From an uncultured Thermoleophilia bacterium (lineage in GTDB: Bacteria; Actinomycetota; Thermoleophilia; Gaiellales; Gaiellaceae): a DNA stretch of 64,000 bases. Shown here piece after piece: positions 54,437 through 64,000 of this stretch. The notes under the pieces are model-generated. The model was not told where the DNA came from, did no database searches, and saw only the letters and a program-made list of their open reading frames with translations. Position numbers and translations under genes: made by a program. The stretch spans positions 60,494 through 124,493 of the forward strand of contig CAWFPX010000010.1 of the NCBI GenBank assembly GCA_963817765.1, read 5' to 3'. Every line of letters begins with the position of its first letter. The first letter of the stretch is position 1.

Positions 54437-55741
54437 TACTTCTGCTGCCCGTGCGTGTCGTCGGCCCCGCTGAACGGGTCCGCGACGTAGGGGAACTGGC
54501 TCATCGCGGCCGTATCACCGCTGTCGACTCCATCGCCGAGCGGGAGCTTGTGGCCGAGGAGGAACCCTCCGACCGCCTGCTCCGCGATGTCGACGACGTC
54601 GTCGTTCAGACGGCGGCCGTTCGGCCAGCCCTGGAGGTCACCGCCGAGCACGCCGAGGCGCGACTGGCTCGCCGCGGGCGTGACCGGGCACCGACAGGTT
54701 GATCCGGAGCTCGTCGGCCGGCGTCGAGCCCGTGAACGTGACCTTCGGGATGCCGGTCAGCAGCACCTGGACGAGGTCATCGCGGTTGTCGGTCGGAACG
54801 CCGAGTGAGTACAGCTTGTTGATCACCGCGGCGAGGATCGGCGTCTTGTAGTACTTCACGAACTGCGCGTCCTTGTCCGGGCTCGAGCGGTTCCAGAGAT
54901 CCTTCAGCCCGGTGGGGATGACGACCTCGTTGATCAGCGGGTTGCCGAGCCGGGAGACCTGCACCCATGGCCCGTTGCCGCCGCGGCCGGCGACGGTCGT
55001 CCGGTGCCTGTCGGCGGCCGACCAGATGCCGATCGTGTGCGACGCGGTATCGACCTGCGAGATCGGGATCTGCAGAGCGATCGAATGCACGCCGTAGCCG
55101 GCGAGGAAGTCCTTGCCCCCACCGGTGCTGCCCGTGCCCTTGCGGATCGCGAGCAGGTCGAAGATGTCGCCGACGTCCGCGAAGAACGGATCGTCACGCT
55201 GGCCGGCGAACACCACGCCGCCACCGGCAAGCGGTGTCACCGCCTTGGCTGCGGTCGCGTGGTAGTCGGGCGTCGTGCGCGGACCGATGTTGTCGGGTGG
55301 CGTCGTGCCACGTGCGATCACCGTGCCCTTGCCCTTGCCGTCGACGCGCGTGACCGTGTACGGCTGCGACGTGTCGCCGAGGAAGAACGGCCCCGTCTTC
55401 CGCTGGAACTGGAAGTAGTACGAGACGTCGGGCTTCCCGTCGCCGTTGCGGTCGACGTAGATGTCGTAGCGCGCCGACGGCGAGAACGTGTAGTAGTTCG
55501 GCCCGGCGGCCGGATCCTCGCCGGGGATGAAGTTGCTGACGATCGTCAGCGTGTCAGGCTTGTCCGGCGAGCGGAACGCATACAGGTCGGTGTTGTCTGC
55601 CGACGGGTCCTCGGAGATCAACGGAGCTTCGCGGTGGCTCGACGCGCTTGCGGCGCCGGGACCGGATCCACGGAGCACCGCAGCCACGAGGGCGAGCGTC
55701 ACCAGCGCGGCCGCCCCGAGGGCGACTGCGAGCTTACGCAT
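54436..55741 (-). pseudogene. secreted DUF4331-family protein; one frame break near 54655
   Basis: Signal peptide, then SSHREAPLISEDPSADNTDLYAF. I recall this as the DUF4331 N-terminal signature, but it is not verified. Confidence 0.55.
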
Positions 55742-55858
55742 GTGGTTCTCCTAACTTGCGGCGGGTTTCCCGGCAGCTGACTGCCGGCATGACGCGCGTG
55801 ATTCGCCGCTACCCCGGGACCGGTTCGGACCGCGTTTCGTCAGGCGTGAACCCGACGA

Positions 55859-57335
55859 TCAGGACGCGATGTTCTCGCGCACGCGCTCGGCGACTGAGGC
55901 CATCTCGAGCTTCGCTCCGGTCACGTCGTGCAGGAGCGCATCCGCAGTCGGTCCCTGCCCGAGCGACCACAGCTCCCGCAAGAGGTCGCCTGCGTCGCGT
56001 CGGGCGAACCACTCGTTTCCGAACTCGCTGCGCAGGAACTCGCGCAGTTGCGCCTCGAACGCCCAGGAGCGCAGGTAGCCCGTCACGTAGAAGCTGCCGT
56101 CGATGTCGTCGAGATAGCTCTCCGGATTGACCGGCAGCTTCAGCGCGTCGCTCAGGATCTCGAAGTAGCGGCCGCGCATCGATATGAGGTCGGCGCTCTG
56201 GAAGTACTCGATCTCGTACAGGAGCTTCGCCGAGTAGCGGCGGACGAAGTAGAGGAGCGACACGGCGCCGTCGTGCGCGAGCTGGTCGACCCGTGGCACG
56301 TCGAGCCGCCGGTTCAACCATGCCGAGTCGGTGACGAGGTGCTGCAGCAGCATCGCCCAGCCTTCCGTGACGGCCATGTCACCGAGCCGGCGAGCTTCCA
56401 TCGGCAGGTCGGCGCTGGTATTCGCGTAGTGCTCGGTGTGGCCCGCCTCGTGGAAGAGCGCCTCCCAGTCGTCCTTGCCGCCGATCGGCTGGATCACGAG
56501 CATCACCTTGCCCGGCACCTCGATCGGCGCGCAGAACGCGCGCGGCGACTTCGACGGGCGCGAGTCGAGATCGAGATGCACGTTCTCCTGCGCGTGCAGA
56601 TCGATTCCGAGGTCGGTCAGCGTCGACTCGAGCGCGGGCAGCATGCGATCGGACGGATACAGCTCGTCGAGCTCGCTCGCGCGGAAGAGACGCGGCACAT
56701 CCCACGGTCGTGCCTCGGACAGTCCGATTCCGAGCCGCGCGCGGAAGAGCCGATCGCCCTCGCGCTCCCAGAGCTTCTCGGTGTCGTCGAGCAGCGCCCG
56801 GCACTCCTCGGCGACCGATGCGAGGTTGAACCCGAAGCGTTCGTAGAGCTCGTAGTAGTTCGGCGCGTCCAGCTGCGTGGACCGCGGCGCGGTCGATCTC
56901 CGCGGCTTCGAGGTAGACGGGGTTCAGATGCTCGTCGAGCAAGCGCAGGCGCGCCTCCTCGAGCCGCTGTCGCGTGTCGCGGTCGGCCTCGTTCGACATC
57001 GCGACGCGCAGCATCCGGTACGGAATCTGCTCGCCGTCGACCGTCGCCTCGAGCTCGGCCTCGGCGTGCGCAAGGGTCTCCTGGTGCCGACGCGTCAGGT
57101 TGCCGAGGAAGCCTTCGCAGGCGAAGCGCCACAACTCGGTTGGCGCGCCCTGCATCTTCTGCGCCGTCTCGAGCGTCGTCAGCTCCTCGTAGCGCTCGTA
57201 CACCTGCTCGACGTCGAGTGTGTCCTTCAGCCCGGCGAAGTGGAGGTAGTACTCCTCGTCGAGGTCGGCGATGAACCGGTCGCCGCGATCGCGGAAGCCG
57301 TCGAGCTCGCGGTTGGTGGGCGGGGGAACGGACAC
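55859..57335 (-). pseudogene. M3-like zinc metallopeptidase; one frame break near 56890
   Basis: FHEAGHTEH zinc motif in ORF 55859..56698. The N-terminal half is in ORF 56379..57335. Confidence 0.6.
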
Positions 57336-57356
57336 CGGTCCCTAGGATACGCAGCC

Positions 57357-57752
57357 GTGCACGAGCTGACGATCACAACAGAGCGGCACACGCAGCTGCT
57401 CGACATCACCGCTCAGGTGCGTGACGCCGTCTCCGGCGCCGACGGCGCGGCCGTGCTCGTCTACGTCCCGCACACGACGGCGGGGCTCACGATCAACGAG
57501 CACGCCGATCCGATGGTCGCCCGCGACTTCGAGATGGCGCTCGAGAAGATCGCTCCTGAAGGCTGGGGCTGGCAGCACATCGAGGAGGGCGAAGAGAACG
57601 CGCCCTCTCACATCAGAGCTGCCCTGATGGGGCCGCAGGTGCTGGTTCCGCTGCGCGCAGGCGAGCTCGCGCTCGGCACGTGGCAGGGCATCTTCTTCTG
57701 CGAGCTCGACGGGCCGAGGACGCGCAGCGTCTTCGTCTCGGTCCTCGCGTAG
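57357..57752 (+). CDS. YjbQ/UPF0047-family protein (secondary thiamine-phosphate synthase family)
   Basis: VPHTTAGLTINE and NAPSHIRAALMG. GTG at 57357 is in frame with ORF 56877... Confidence 0.7.
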   Translation: MHELTITTERHTQLLDITAQVRDAVSGADGAAVLVYVPHTTAGLTINEHADPMVARDFEMALEKIAPEGWGWQHIEEGEENAPSHIRAALMGPQVLVPLRAGELALGTWQGIFFCELDGPRTRSVFVSVLA

Positions 57753-57789
57753 CCGTCGCCACCGAGCGCGCCCGCTACCTTCCAGGCAC

Positions 57790-59178
57790 ATGGCTGCCCC
57801 CGTCCAGCGTGACCAGGAGCTCGAGCTCACAGTCGATTCGCTTGCCTACGGCGGCAACGGCGTCGCTCGACTCGACGGCTTTGTCGTCTTCGTTCGCCGC
57901 GGCCTGCCCGGCGACACGGTGCGCGCGCGCGTGACGAAAGTGCAGCGCCGTCACGCCGAGGCGCTCGCCACCGAGATACTGGCCTCGGGGCCGCAGCGCG
58001 TCGAGGCGCCGTGCGCCCACTACCCCGCCTGCGGCGGGTGCCGCTTCCAGGATCTCGCTTACGAATCGCAGGTGACGACCAAGGAGCAGTGGGTCCGCGA
58101 TTCGCTGCAACGGCTCGCCGGACTCGCGGAGATCCCGCTCGAGCCGATCCTGCCGGCCGCGTCGCAGTTCCACTACCGCAACAAGATGGAGTACTCGTTC
58201 GCGCCGACCGAAGACGGCCCGACGCTCGGGCTGCACCGGGCCGGTCGCTGGGACGAGGTGCTGCAGATCGACGAGTGCTGGCTCGCGAGCGACGCCGGCA
58301 ACGCGATCCGGAACCGTGTCCGCGAGTGGGCGCGCGAGGAGAAGCTCCAGGCCTACGACCAGGAGACGCACGAGGGCTACCTGCGTCATCTGGTGATCCG
58401 AGAGGGCCGCAACACGGGGCAGGCGCTCGTCCAGCTCGTGACCGCCCGCGGCGAGCGCTTCGACCGCGAGCGGCTGATCGAGGTGCTGACCGAGATCCCG
58501 GAGGTGCGCTCGATTCACTGGGCGGTCAACCGCGGGGTCGCCGAGGTGACCAATCTTCCGACCGAGCTCCTGTGGGGCGAGGATGCAATCGAGGAGGAGA
58601 TCGACGGTCTCCGGTTCCGCATCCGCCCGAACGCGTTCCTGCAGACGAACACCGAAATGGCGACGCAGCTGTATTCGCTCGCGCGCGAGTACGCAGGGCT
58701 GACCGGTGGGGAGACCGTGTACGACCTTTACTGCGGCATCGGCACGATCGGCCTCTCGCTGGCGGCGAAAGCGATGACGGTGTGGGGGATCGAGATCTCC
58801 GAGGAGTCGGTTGCCTGTGCGATCGAGAACTCGGAGCTGAACGGGATCGGCAACGCGGCGTTCTTCGCCGGCAACGTCGGTGAGGTGCTCGCCGACCTAC
58901 GGCAGCGCGCGGGCGACCCGGACGTGGTAGTGGTCGACCCGCCGCGGGCCGGGCTCGCCGGGAAGGCGTTGAAGCGCCTGGGCGAGATCGGCGCACCGCG
59001 CATCGTCTACGTCTCGTGCAACCCGACAACGCTTGCGGGCGACCTGAAGCGCCTGAGCGACGCCTACGGCTACCGCCTCGTGAAGGCGCGGCCCGTCGAC
59101 ATGTTCCCGCACACGCCGCACGTCGAGTGTGTCGCGCTCCTCGAACGGGACACGACGGCGGCGCCCGAGGGCGCGTGA
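57790..59178 (+). CDS. RumA/TrmA-family RNA (uracil-5-)-methyltransferase
   Basis: TRAM-like N-terminus, Fe-S cysteines (C..YPACGGC), SAM motif VYDLYCGIGTIGL, nucleophile VYVSCNP. Confidence 0.8.
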   Translation: MAAPVQRDQELELTVDSLAYGGNGVARLDGFVVFVRRGLPGDTVRARVTKVQRRHAEALATEILASGPQRVEAPCAHYPACGGCRFQDLAYESQVTTKEQWVRDSLQRLAGLAEIPLEPILPAASQFHYRNKMEYSFAPTEDGPTLGLHRAGRWDEVLQIDECWLASDAGNAIRNRVREWAREEKLQAYDQETHEGYLRHLVIREGRNTGQALVQLVTARGERFDRERLIEVLTEIPEVRSIHWAVNRGVAEVTNLPTELLWGEDAIEEEIDGLRFRIRPNAFLQTNTEMATQLYSLAREYAGLTGGETVYDLYCGIGTIGLSLAAKAMTVWGIEISEESVACAIENSELNGIGNAAFFAGNVGEVLADLRQRAGDPDVVVVDPPRAGLAGKALKRLGEIGAPRIVYVSCNPTTLAGDLKRLSDAYGYRLVKARPVDMFPHTPHVECVALLERDTTAAPEGA

Positions 59179-59984
59179 CGACGTTCGTCTGCAAGGCCTG
59201 CGGCACGCAGTATCCGCCGAGTGACGAGCCACCGGGCGCCTGCCCGATCTGCGAGGACCCGCGGCAGTACGTGCCGCATGACGAGGGCCAGGTCTGGCTC
59301 ACGTGGGACGACACGCGGGCGGGGCAGCGGGCAGACATCCGCGATGACCACGGCATTCTCGGCGTCGGCAGCGAGCCCGGATTTGCCATCGGCCAGCGGG
59401 CGCTGCTCGTGAAGAGCACAGCCGGCAACGTTCTGTGGGACTGCATCACCTATCTCGACGACGAGATCGTCGAGCGAGTCTTGGGCGAGGGAGGGCTTGC
59501 GGCGATCGCGATCTCGCACCCGCACTACTACACGGCGATGGTCGAGTGGGCTCACGCGTTCGGCTGTCCGATCTACCTGCACGAGGCGGAGCGGAAGTGG
59601 GTCATGCGGCCGGACCCATCCGTGCAGTTCTGGAGTGGCGAGACGAACGCACTCGGCGGCGGCGTCACCCTCATCAGGTGCGGCGGCCACTACGAGGGTG
59701 GGCAGGTCCTCCACTGGCAGGCAAAGCACGCGCTGCTTGCGGGCGACATCGTGCAGGTGATCCCCGACCGCCGATTCGTCTCGTTCATGTACTCGTACCC
59801 GAACCTGATCCCTCTGCCTGCATCCACGGTGCGGCGAATCGCCGCGGCACTCGAACCGTTCCCGTTCGACACGATCCACGGCGCCTGGTGGGACCGATTC
59901 ATCGAGCGCGACGGCTCGGCGGTCGTTCGCCGCTCAGCCGAGCGCTACGTGCGCGCCGTCACGGATCCGGGACTGCCCTCGTAA
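59175..59984 (+). CDS. MBL-fold hydrolase with N-terminal CxxC..CxxC knuckle
   Basis: CKACGTQY..CPICEDP, then ISHPHYYTAM. The GTG at 59175 overlaps the upstream stop (GTGA). Confidence 0.6.
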   Translation: MTTFVCKACGTQYPPSDEPPGACPICEDPRQYVPHDEGQVWLTWDDTRAGQRADIRDDHGILGVGSEPGFAIGQRALLVKSTAGNVLWDCITYLDDEIVERVLGEGGLAAIAISHPHYYTAMVEWAHAFGCPIYLHEAERKWVMRPDPSVQFWSGETNALGGGVTLIRCGGHYEGGQVLHWQAKHALLAGDIVQVIPDRRFVSFMYSYPNLIPLPASTVRRIAAALEPFPFDTIHGAWWDRFIERDGSAVVRRSAERYVRAVTDPGLPS

Positions 59985-60721
59985 GCGGCGCGCGGTCGCC
60001 GGGGCCTGGGCTGCCGCGGAGCCGACGCCAGATCAGGTCGGCGTTCGGGAGCGAGAAAGCCGATGGCGATCCCGGGGAGCGCCGGCAGGCCGTTCAGGTT
60101 CAGCCAGACCGTGATCGCGATCGTCGCACCGAGGGCGGCGACGAGGCAGAACCACGTCAAATAGACGCGCAGCCCGAATCGCGCCGCGGCACCGAGGAAG
60201 AGCGCGAAGAAGAGCAGGTCAGGCACCCCGAGGTTCGCAGCTGCGTACTCGCCTGGCACCGGGAAGGCGAACGACAGCACGGTGAAGACATGCTCGTGGT
60301 GAGAGACGATCGACTTCGTCGGGCCGCGCCAGACGGAGTACGCATCGACCCACGGGATGATCGCGGCGACGAGCACCACCCAGGAGAGCGTCTCGAAGAA
60401 TCCGAGAAACCACCAACCGAGGAACGTCGTCGCGCCAAGTCGCGCGAAGTTCGCGGCGATGTTGACGTGAACGGCCGTCATGAGCGCCGCCACTACGGCG
60501 AACATGAGCCCGACGGGCAGGAGCCAGCGCGCCTCCCGCAACGGGAGTGCCAGCAGCACCAAACCGAACACGGCGGGCATGAGCACGCACGCGATCCACG
60601 CGATGTCCCACCACGTTCCCGCCTGCCACAGGTGCGGCGAGACGACGTAGTAGACGATGAGCGGCCCTAGTAGGGCGGCAAGGCAGCCCACCAGGGGCCA
60701 ACGGATTTGAACGCGTTCCAA
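59945..60721 (-). CDS. polytopic membrane protein with presenilin/SPP-like motifs
   Basis: PWVDAYSVWRGP, LGVPDLLFFALFLG and NGLPALPGIAIGF, in the order expected for YD / GxGD / PAL. Start uncertain because it overlaps the upstream gene. Confidence 0.45.
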   Translation of the reverse strand: MERVQIRWPLVGCLAALLGPLIVYYVVSPHLWQAGTWWDIAWIACVLMPAVFGLVLLALPLREARWLLPVGLMFAVVAALMTAVHVNIAANFARLGATTFLGWWFLGFFETLSWVVLVAAIIPWVDAYSVWRGPTKSIVSHHEHVFTVLSFAFPVPGEYAAANLGVPDLLFFALFLGAAARFGLRVYLTWFCLVAALGATIAITVWLNLNGLPALPGIAIGFLAPERRPDLASAPRQPRPRRPRAAYEGSPGSVTART

Positions 60722-61311
60722 AATGCTGTTTTCGCCGGCGCCTCGTCGAGCGCCGAGTCGATGTCGGGGACGGCGAGCGCCTCGATCGTCGGTGTGAAGC
60801 GCTGCAACTCGCCCAGGGTCGCGACAACGGGCTGCGACAGGGGAAACGCGATCCCGTTCAGGAACTCGAGCGCGTCCTCGCCCATGATCACGACGAGCTT
60901 CGGCTCGACGATCCGCAGTTCGCGCGCGAGCCAGTCGCGCGCGAGCCCGAGATCGCAGCCGGCGAATTTGACCGCGTTCGTGCCGTAGACCTCCATCGGG
61001 TCGACGTGCAGGCGCTGTAGTGACTTGATGAGCGCGTTACCGGCACGACCGTGGAAGGCAACACCCTCCTGGAGCTCCTGCGCCTGCGCCCCGAACTTGA
61101 GCAGGAAGATGTTCGCGAGCGGGTGCCCTGTGGGCAGCGCGGTCGGAGCCCCATCCGCGGCTTGCGCAATCTCGTGCGACAGGCGATTGATCTCGGTGAT
61201 CGCCTTGCGGAGGTAGCGCTCGTAGATCTCATCTGTGGTCACGGCAGAGGCCACGGCGGCACGGGGACCTTTCGGCTTTAGCGGACCTTCTCCTTGACCT
61301 GAGCCACCCAC
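60667..61311 (-). CDS. uracil-DNA-glycosylase-superfamily protein (degenerate motif A)
   Basis: ELQEGVAFHGRAGNALIKSL..VYGTNAVKF..EPKLVVIMGEDA follows the family-4-type layout. Alternative GTG start at 61254. Confidence 0.5.
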   Translation of the reverse strand: MGGSGQGEGPLKPKGPRAAVASAVTTDEIYERYLRKAITEINRLSHEIAQAADGAPTALPTGHPLANIFLLKFGAQAQELQEGVAFHGRAGNALIKSLQRLHVDPMEVYGTNAVKFAGCDLGLARDWLARELRIVEPKLVVIMGEDALEFLNGIAFPLSQPVVATLGELQRFTPTIEALAVPDIDSALDEAPAKTAFWNAFKSVGPWWAALPPY

Positions 61312-63002
61312 TTCAGGGATTGAAGGTACGCGAGGGACTTTGGACGCCGAAGCACCTCGGCGCTGCGCAGGGAAATCATGAACTCCTCGGGATCGCGGAA
61401 GGCCCGCATTCGCAGGGCTCCGGTGCCGACGCCCTGCAGCACATGAGCGTCGGAGCCGGCGCCCATCGTCAGGTTGTACTTGCGGGCGAAGCGAAGGGCC
61501 TCGTCGTTGAAGGCCTCGAAGAGCAGCCGGGCGTTGTAGACCTCGAGCACGTCGATCTCGGCGATGTTTCGGTGCAGCGTGCGTGGATCCGGGATCGCGT
61601 GCAGACGATCGAAAGGATGCGGGACGTAGACGAGGCCGCCCTGCCGGCGGATCGCGGCCACCGTCTCGGCAAAGCTCATGCCCCGTGGGATCTCTTGCTC
61701 GAGGAACAGCCCGATCACCTCGCCCTGATCGGCAGTCTTGACCTCCTCGCCGCGGATGACGATGAGGTCGCGGCCGCGCGCGTAGTCGGCCGCCTCGAGG
61801 GCGCCGCCGAAGACGTTGTGATCGGTGACGGCGATCGCACCCAGGCCTTCGGCCTCGGCATGGTCGACGAGCTCGGTCGCATCGATGCTGCAGTCATGCG
61901 ACCACGACGTGTGCATGTGCAGATCGGCGACGATGAACGGGCGGTCGGATAGCGGCTCGGTCGGCTTTCGCTTCCGCCGCCGCTTGCCGAGGGTTGTGTA
62001 GATCGAGTCGAGCTTGGCCGCCACCGAGTCGAACGTATGCAACTCGGCATCGGCGCGCGCCGACGCACCCTCACGCTCGCGGTATTCGCGGTCCTCAGCC
62101 AGGCGGGCCGTCGCAGCTGCGGCGAGCTCGGGCTGTGCCTGCACGCCGCGCGGACGGGCGATCGCGCAGCCTGACGCCGCCGCCTCGAGCGTCACGCGAC
62201 GGAGCCCTTCGACACCGGGCACGAAGATCGCTGCCGCGTTGAGGATCGCCGCGCGAGCATCTGCGGCTCGGGCGGTGCGTAGGTGCACGCGCCCTGCAAG
62301 CGCGCGAGGGATCGCGGGTCGTCCGATCAGTGGGCGAGTGCGGAGGAGGACCACCTCCCAGCCGGGGAGATCGCGCACCGCGTACAGGATCCCGCGCGCT
62401 ACCTCCCGCTCGTTCGGGCGCAGCTCGACGACGATCGTTTGTTGCTTCGAGCCGGCGGCGAAGAGCGTTGTATCGACGCCGGGCGAGAGCACCTGATAGT
62501 CACCGGGGAACCGCTCCTCGGCGGCGTCGCGCACGGTGTCGGAGAGAGCGATGAGTGCGTCGAGCCGGCCGAGCAGCTTCTCGCGCTGCGAGCGGGCCGG
62601 CGGGTAGCCGAGCCGATCCGGGGAGGCGAACGTGGCGACCGCGAGCGCATCGGTATCTCGAAGCGCGAGGTACGAGAGCGACGGCAGCCCCGGCTCGAAG
62701 CCGTGCACGACGTCGTAGTTGCCCTGCGCGAGCGCCAGCTTCAGGTTCGCCTGCACGCCGACCGGCACGCCCATCTGCGACCGTCGCGAGATCGGGATCG
62801 CCGGCCCCACCGCGATCACCTCGGGCTGGTTCCCGCTTTGCAGCGCGCGGCGTCCCGCCAGCAGGTCGGCTGCGCGGGCCGACGGCGCGAGCACCGTCAC
62901 CTCGTGGCCGAGAAGCCGCAGGGCAGCTGCGACGCCGCCGACGTGGTCGTTCACGTCGTGCGGTTGCGACCACGCGAACGGTGTGACGAGACAGATCCGC
63001 AT
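61278..63002 (-). CDS. PimA-like GT4 glycosyltransferase fused to a C-terminal PHP phosphoesterase domain
   Basis: MRICLVTPF..HVGGVAAALRLLGHEVTVLAP, VVHGFEPGLPSLSYLAL and LEAAASG (GT4). ADLHMHTSWSHD, VTDHN and GSDAH (PHP). Intact 574 aa. Confidence 0.7.
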   Translation of the reverse strand: MRICLVTPFAWSQPHDVNDHVGGVAAALRLLGHEVTVLAPSARAADLLAGRRALQSGNQPEVIAVGPAIPISRRSQMGVPVGVQANLKLALAQGNYDVVHGFEPGLPSLSYLALRDTDALAVATFASPDRLGYPPARSQREKLLGRLDALIALSDTVRDAAEERFPGDYQVLSPGVDTTLFAAGSKQQTIVVELRPNEREVARGILYAVRDLPGWEVVLLRTRPLIGRPAIPRALAGRVHLRTARAADARAAILNAAAIFVPGVEGLRRVTLEAAASGCAIARPRGVQAQPELAAAATARLAEDREYREREGASARADAELHTFDSVAAKLDSIYTTLGKRRRKRKPTEPLSDRPFIVADLHMHTSWSHDCSIDATELVDHAEAEGLGAIAVTDHNVFGGALEAADYARGRDLIVIRGEEVKTADQGEVIGLFLEQEIPRGMSFAETVAAIRRQGGLVYVPHPFDRLHAIPDPRTLHRNIAEIDVLEVYNARLLFEAFNDEALRFARKYNLTMGAGSDAHVLQGVGTGALRMRAFRDPEEFMISLRSAEVLRRPKSLAYLQSLKWVAQVKEKVR

Positions 63003-63108
63003 CGGGCAAAGCGTAGCCGCGTCAAAATTACGCGTAGCCGCCTCGATTTCGGGACCTGGCTGAGTCGTTGGGGGCCGCCCGAGGCGGGCGACCCCCTACT
63101 GAAGGCGC

Positions 63109-64000
63109 TTAGACCTCGGCCGGTGCCGGCGCGGAGACTTCGCGGCGGTTGCGCTCGATGAACTCCTCGACGAGCTCTGCAGCGTCGTCGTCCTGGATCT
63201 GCCGCGGCGGCGACTTCATCAGGTAGGAGCTCGGGCCTTCGAGCGAGCCGGAGATCCCGTTGTTCAGGGCGAGCTTGGCGAGCCGGACCGCGTCGATCAC
63301 GATGCCGGCCGAGTTCGGCGAGTCCCACACCTCGAGCTTCAACTCGACGTTCAGCGGCACATCGCCGAAGCTCGAACCTTCGAGGCGGATGTATGCCCAT
63401 TTCCTGTCGGTCAGCCAGGGCACGTAGTCGGACGGGCCGACGTGCACGTTCTTTGCGCCCAGGTCGTAATCGAGCATCGACGTGACGGCGTTCGTCTTGG
63501 AGATCTTCTTCGACTCCAGCCGGTCGCGCTCGAGCATGTTCAGGAAGTCCGAGTTGCCGCCGACGTTCAGCTGCATCGTCTTGTCGAGATGGACGCCGCG
63601 CTCCCGGAAGAGCGAGGTAAGCACGCGATGCGTGATCGTCGCGCCGACCTGTGACTTGATGTCGTCGCCGATGATCGGTACGCCCGCTTCCTGGAAGCGC
63701 TTGTTCCAGTAGTCCTCGCGGGCGATGAAGACCGGCATGCAGTTCACCATCGCGCAACCCGCGGCCATGATCTGCTCTGCGTACCACTTGACTGCGTCCT
63801 CGGAGCCGACCGGGAGGTAGCAGACGACGACGTCGACCTTGCGCTCCTTGAGGATGCCGACGATGTCGTCCGTCGGCGAATCATCCTTCTCGACGATCTC
63901 CGACAGGTACTTGCCGATGCCGTCGAGCGTCATGCCGCGGTTCACGGTGACGCCGGTCTTCGCGACATCGGCGAACTTGATCGTGTCGTTCGGATGAGCC
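63109..64000 (-). CDS. ino1: myo-inositol-1-phosphate synthase (N-terminus outside window)
   Basis: [32 protein letters not shown] and [10 protein letters not shown]. Confidence 0.85.
   Translation of the reverse strand, partial: AHPNDTIKFADVAKTGVTVNRGMTLDGIGKYLSEIVEKDDSPTDDIVGILKERKVDVVVCYLPVGSEDAVKWYAEQIMAAGCAMVNCMPVFIAREDYWNKRFQEAGVPIIGDDIKSQVGATITHRVLTSLFRERGVHLDKTMQLNVGGNSDFLNMLERDRLESKKISKTNAVTSMLDYDLGAKNVHVGPSDYVPWLTDRKWAYIRLEGSSFGDVPLNVELKLEVWDSPNSAGIVIDAVRLAKLALNNGISGSLEGPSSYLMKSPPRQIQDDDAAELVEEFIERNRREVSAPAPAEV

Noticed and set aside
55742-55858. Metal or cobalamin riboswitch, or a recognisable ECF promoter, upstream of the DUF4331 operon
   Set aside because: I could not recognise a B12 box or NiCo-riboswitch features. 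There is only a short hairpin (ccggcag-ctga-ctgccgg), and the candidate -35/-10 pairs had the wrong spacing. It needs a covariance-model scan.

Overview
High-GC actinobacterial-type chromosomal window. The taxon is inference only, from G/C-dominated third codon positions, ATGA/GTGA-coupled operons and GC-rich hairpin terminators. No tools were run, so every family call is motif recognition on the supplied translations.

Content, left to right:
- Two ABC exporters and two secreted hydrolases.
- A fermentative or hypoxia-style carbon block: gap; a coupled gltD-like + four-subunit pyruvate:ferredoxin oxidoreductase + ppdK operon; two Zn-ADHs; a cupin-xfp-ackA-HAD operon; malic enzyme; a GNAT/ADP-forming acyl-CoA synthetase.
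- Three USP genes (four USP domains), an Hsp20, and a DevS/DevR-like GAF-GAF kinase with a NarL-type regulator.
- Acyl-lipid genes, a liv-type importer, gpmA and tRNA-Ala.
- A DUF4331/TPR/Ni-Co-transporter/ECF-sigma operon.
- Housekeeping genes ending in a PimA-like GT4-PHP fusion next to ino1.

Most unusual is a two-gene module: a 68-aa GerE/LuxR HTH-only protein plus a 222-aa bitopic membrane protein. It occurs twice at about 99% identity (21439-22474 and 27994-29029). Each copy is followed by a hairpin and an array of ~102-bp non-coding repeats with an invariant 26-nt palindrome-bearing core. The two copies bracket a 4.8-kb stress cassette, and copy 1 ends in a rearranged response-regulator remnant.

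By my hand count roughly 50-60 frame breaks disrupt about 25 genes, in a strongly clustered pattern. The one junction I resolved is a pair of 1-nt changes in G runs. Many 'pseudogene' calls below may therefore be assembly artefacts.
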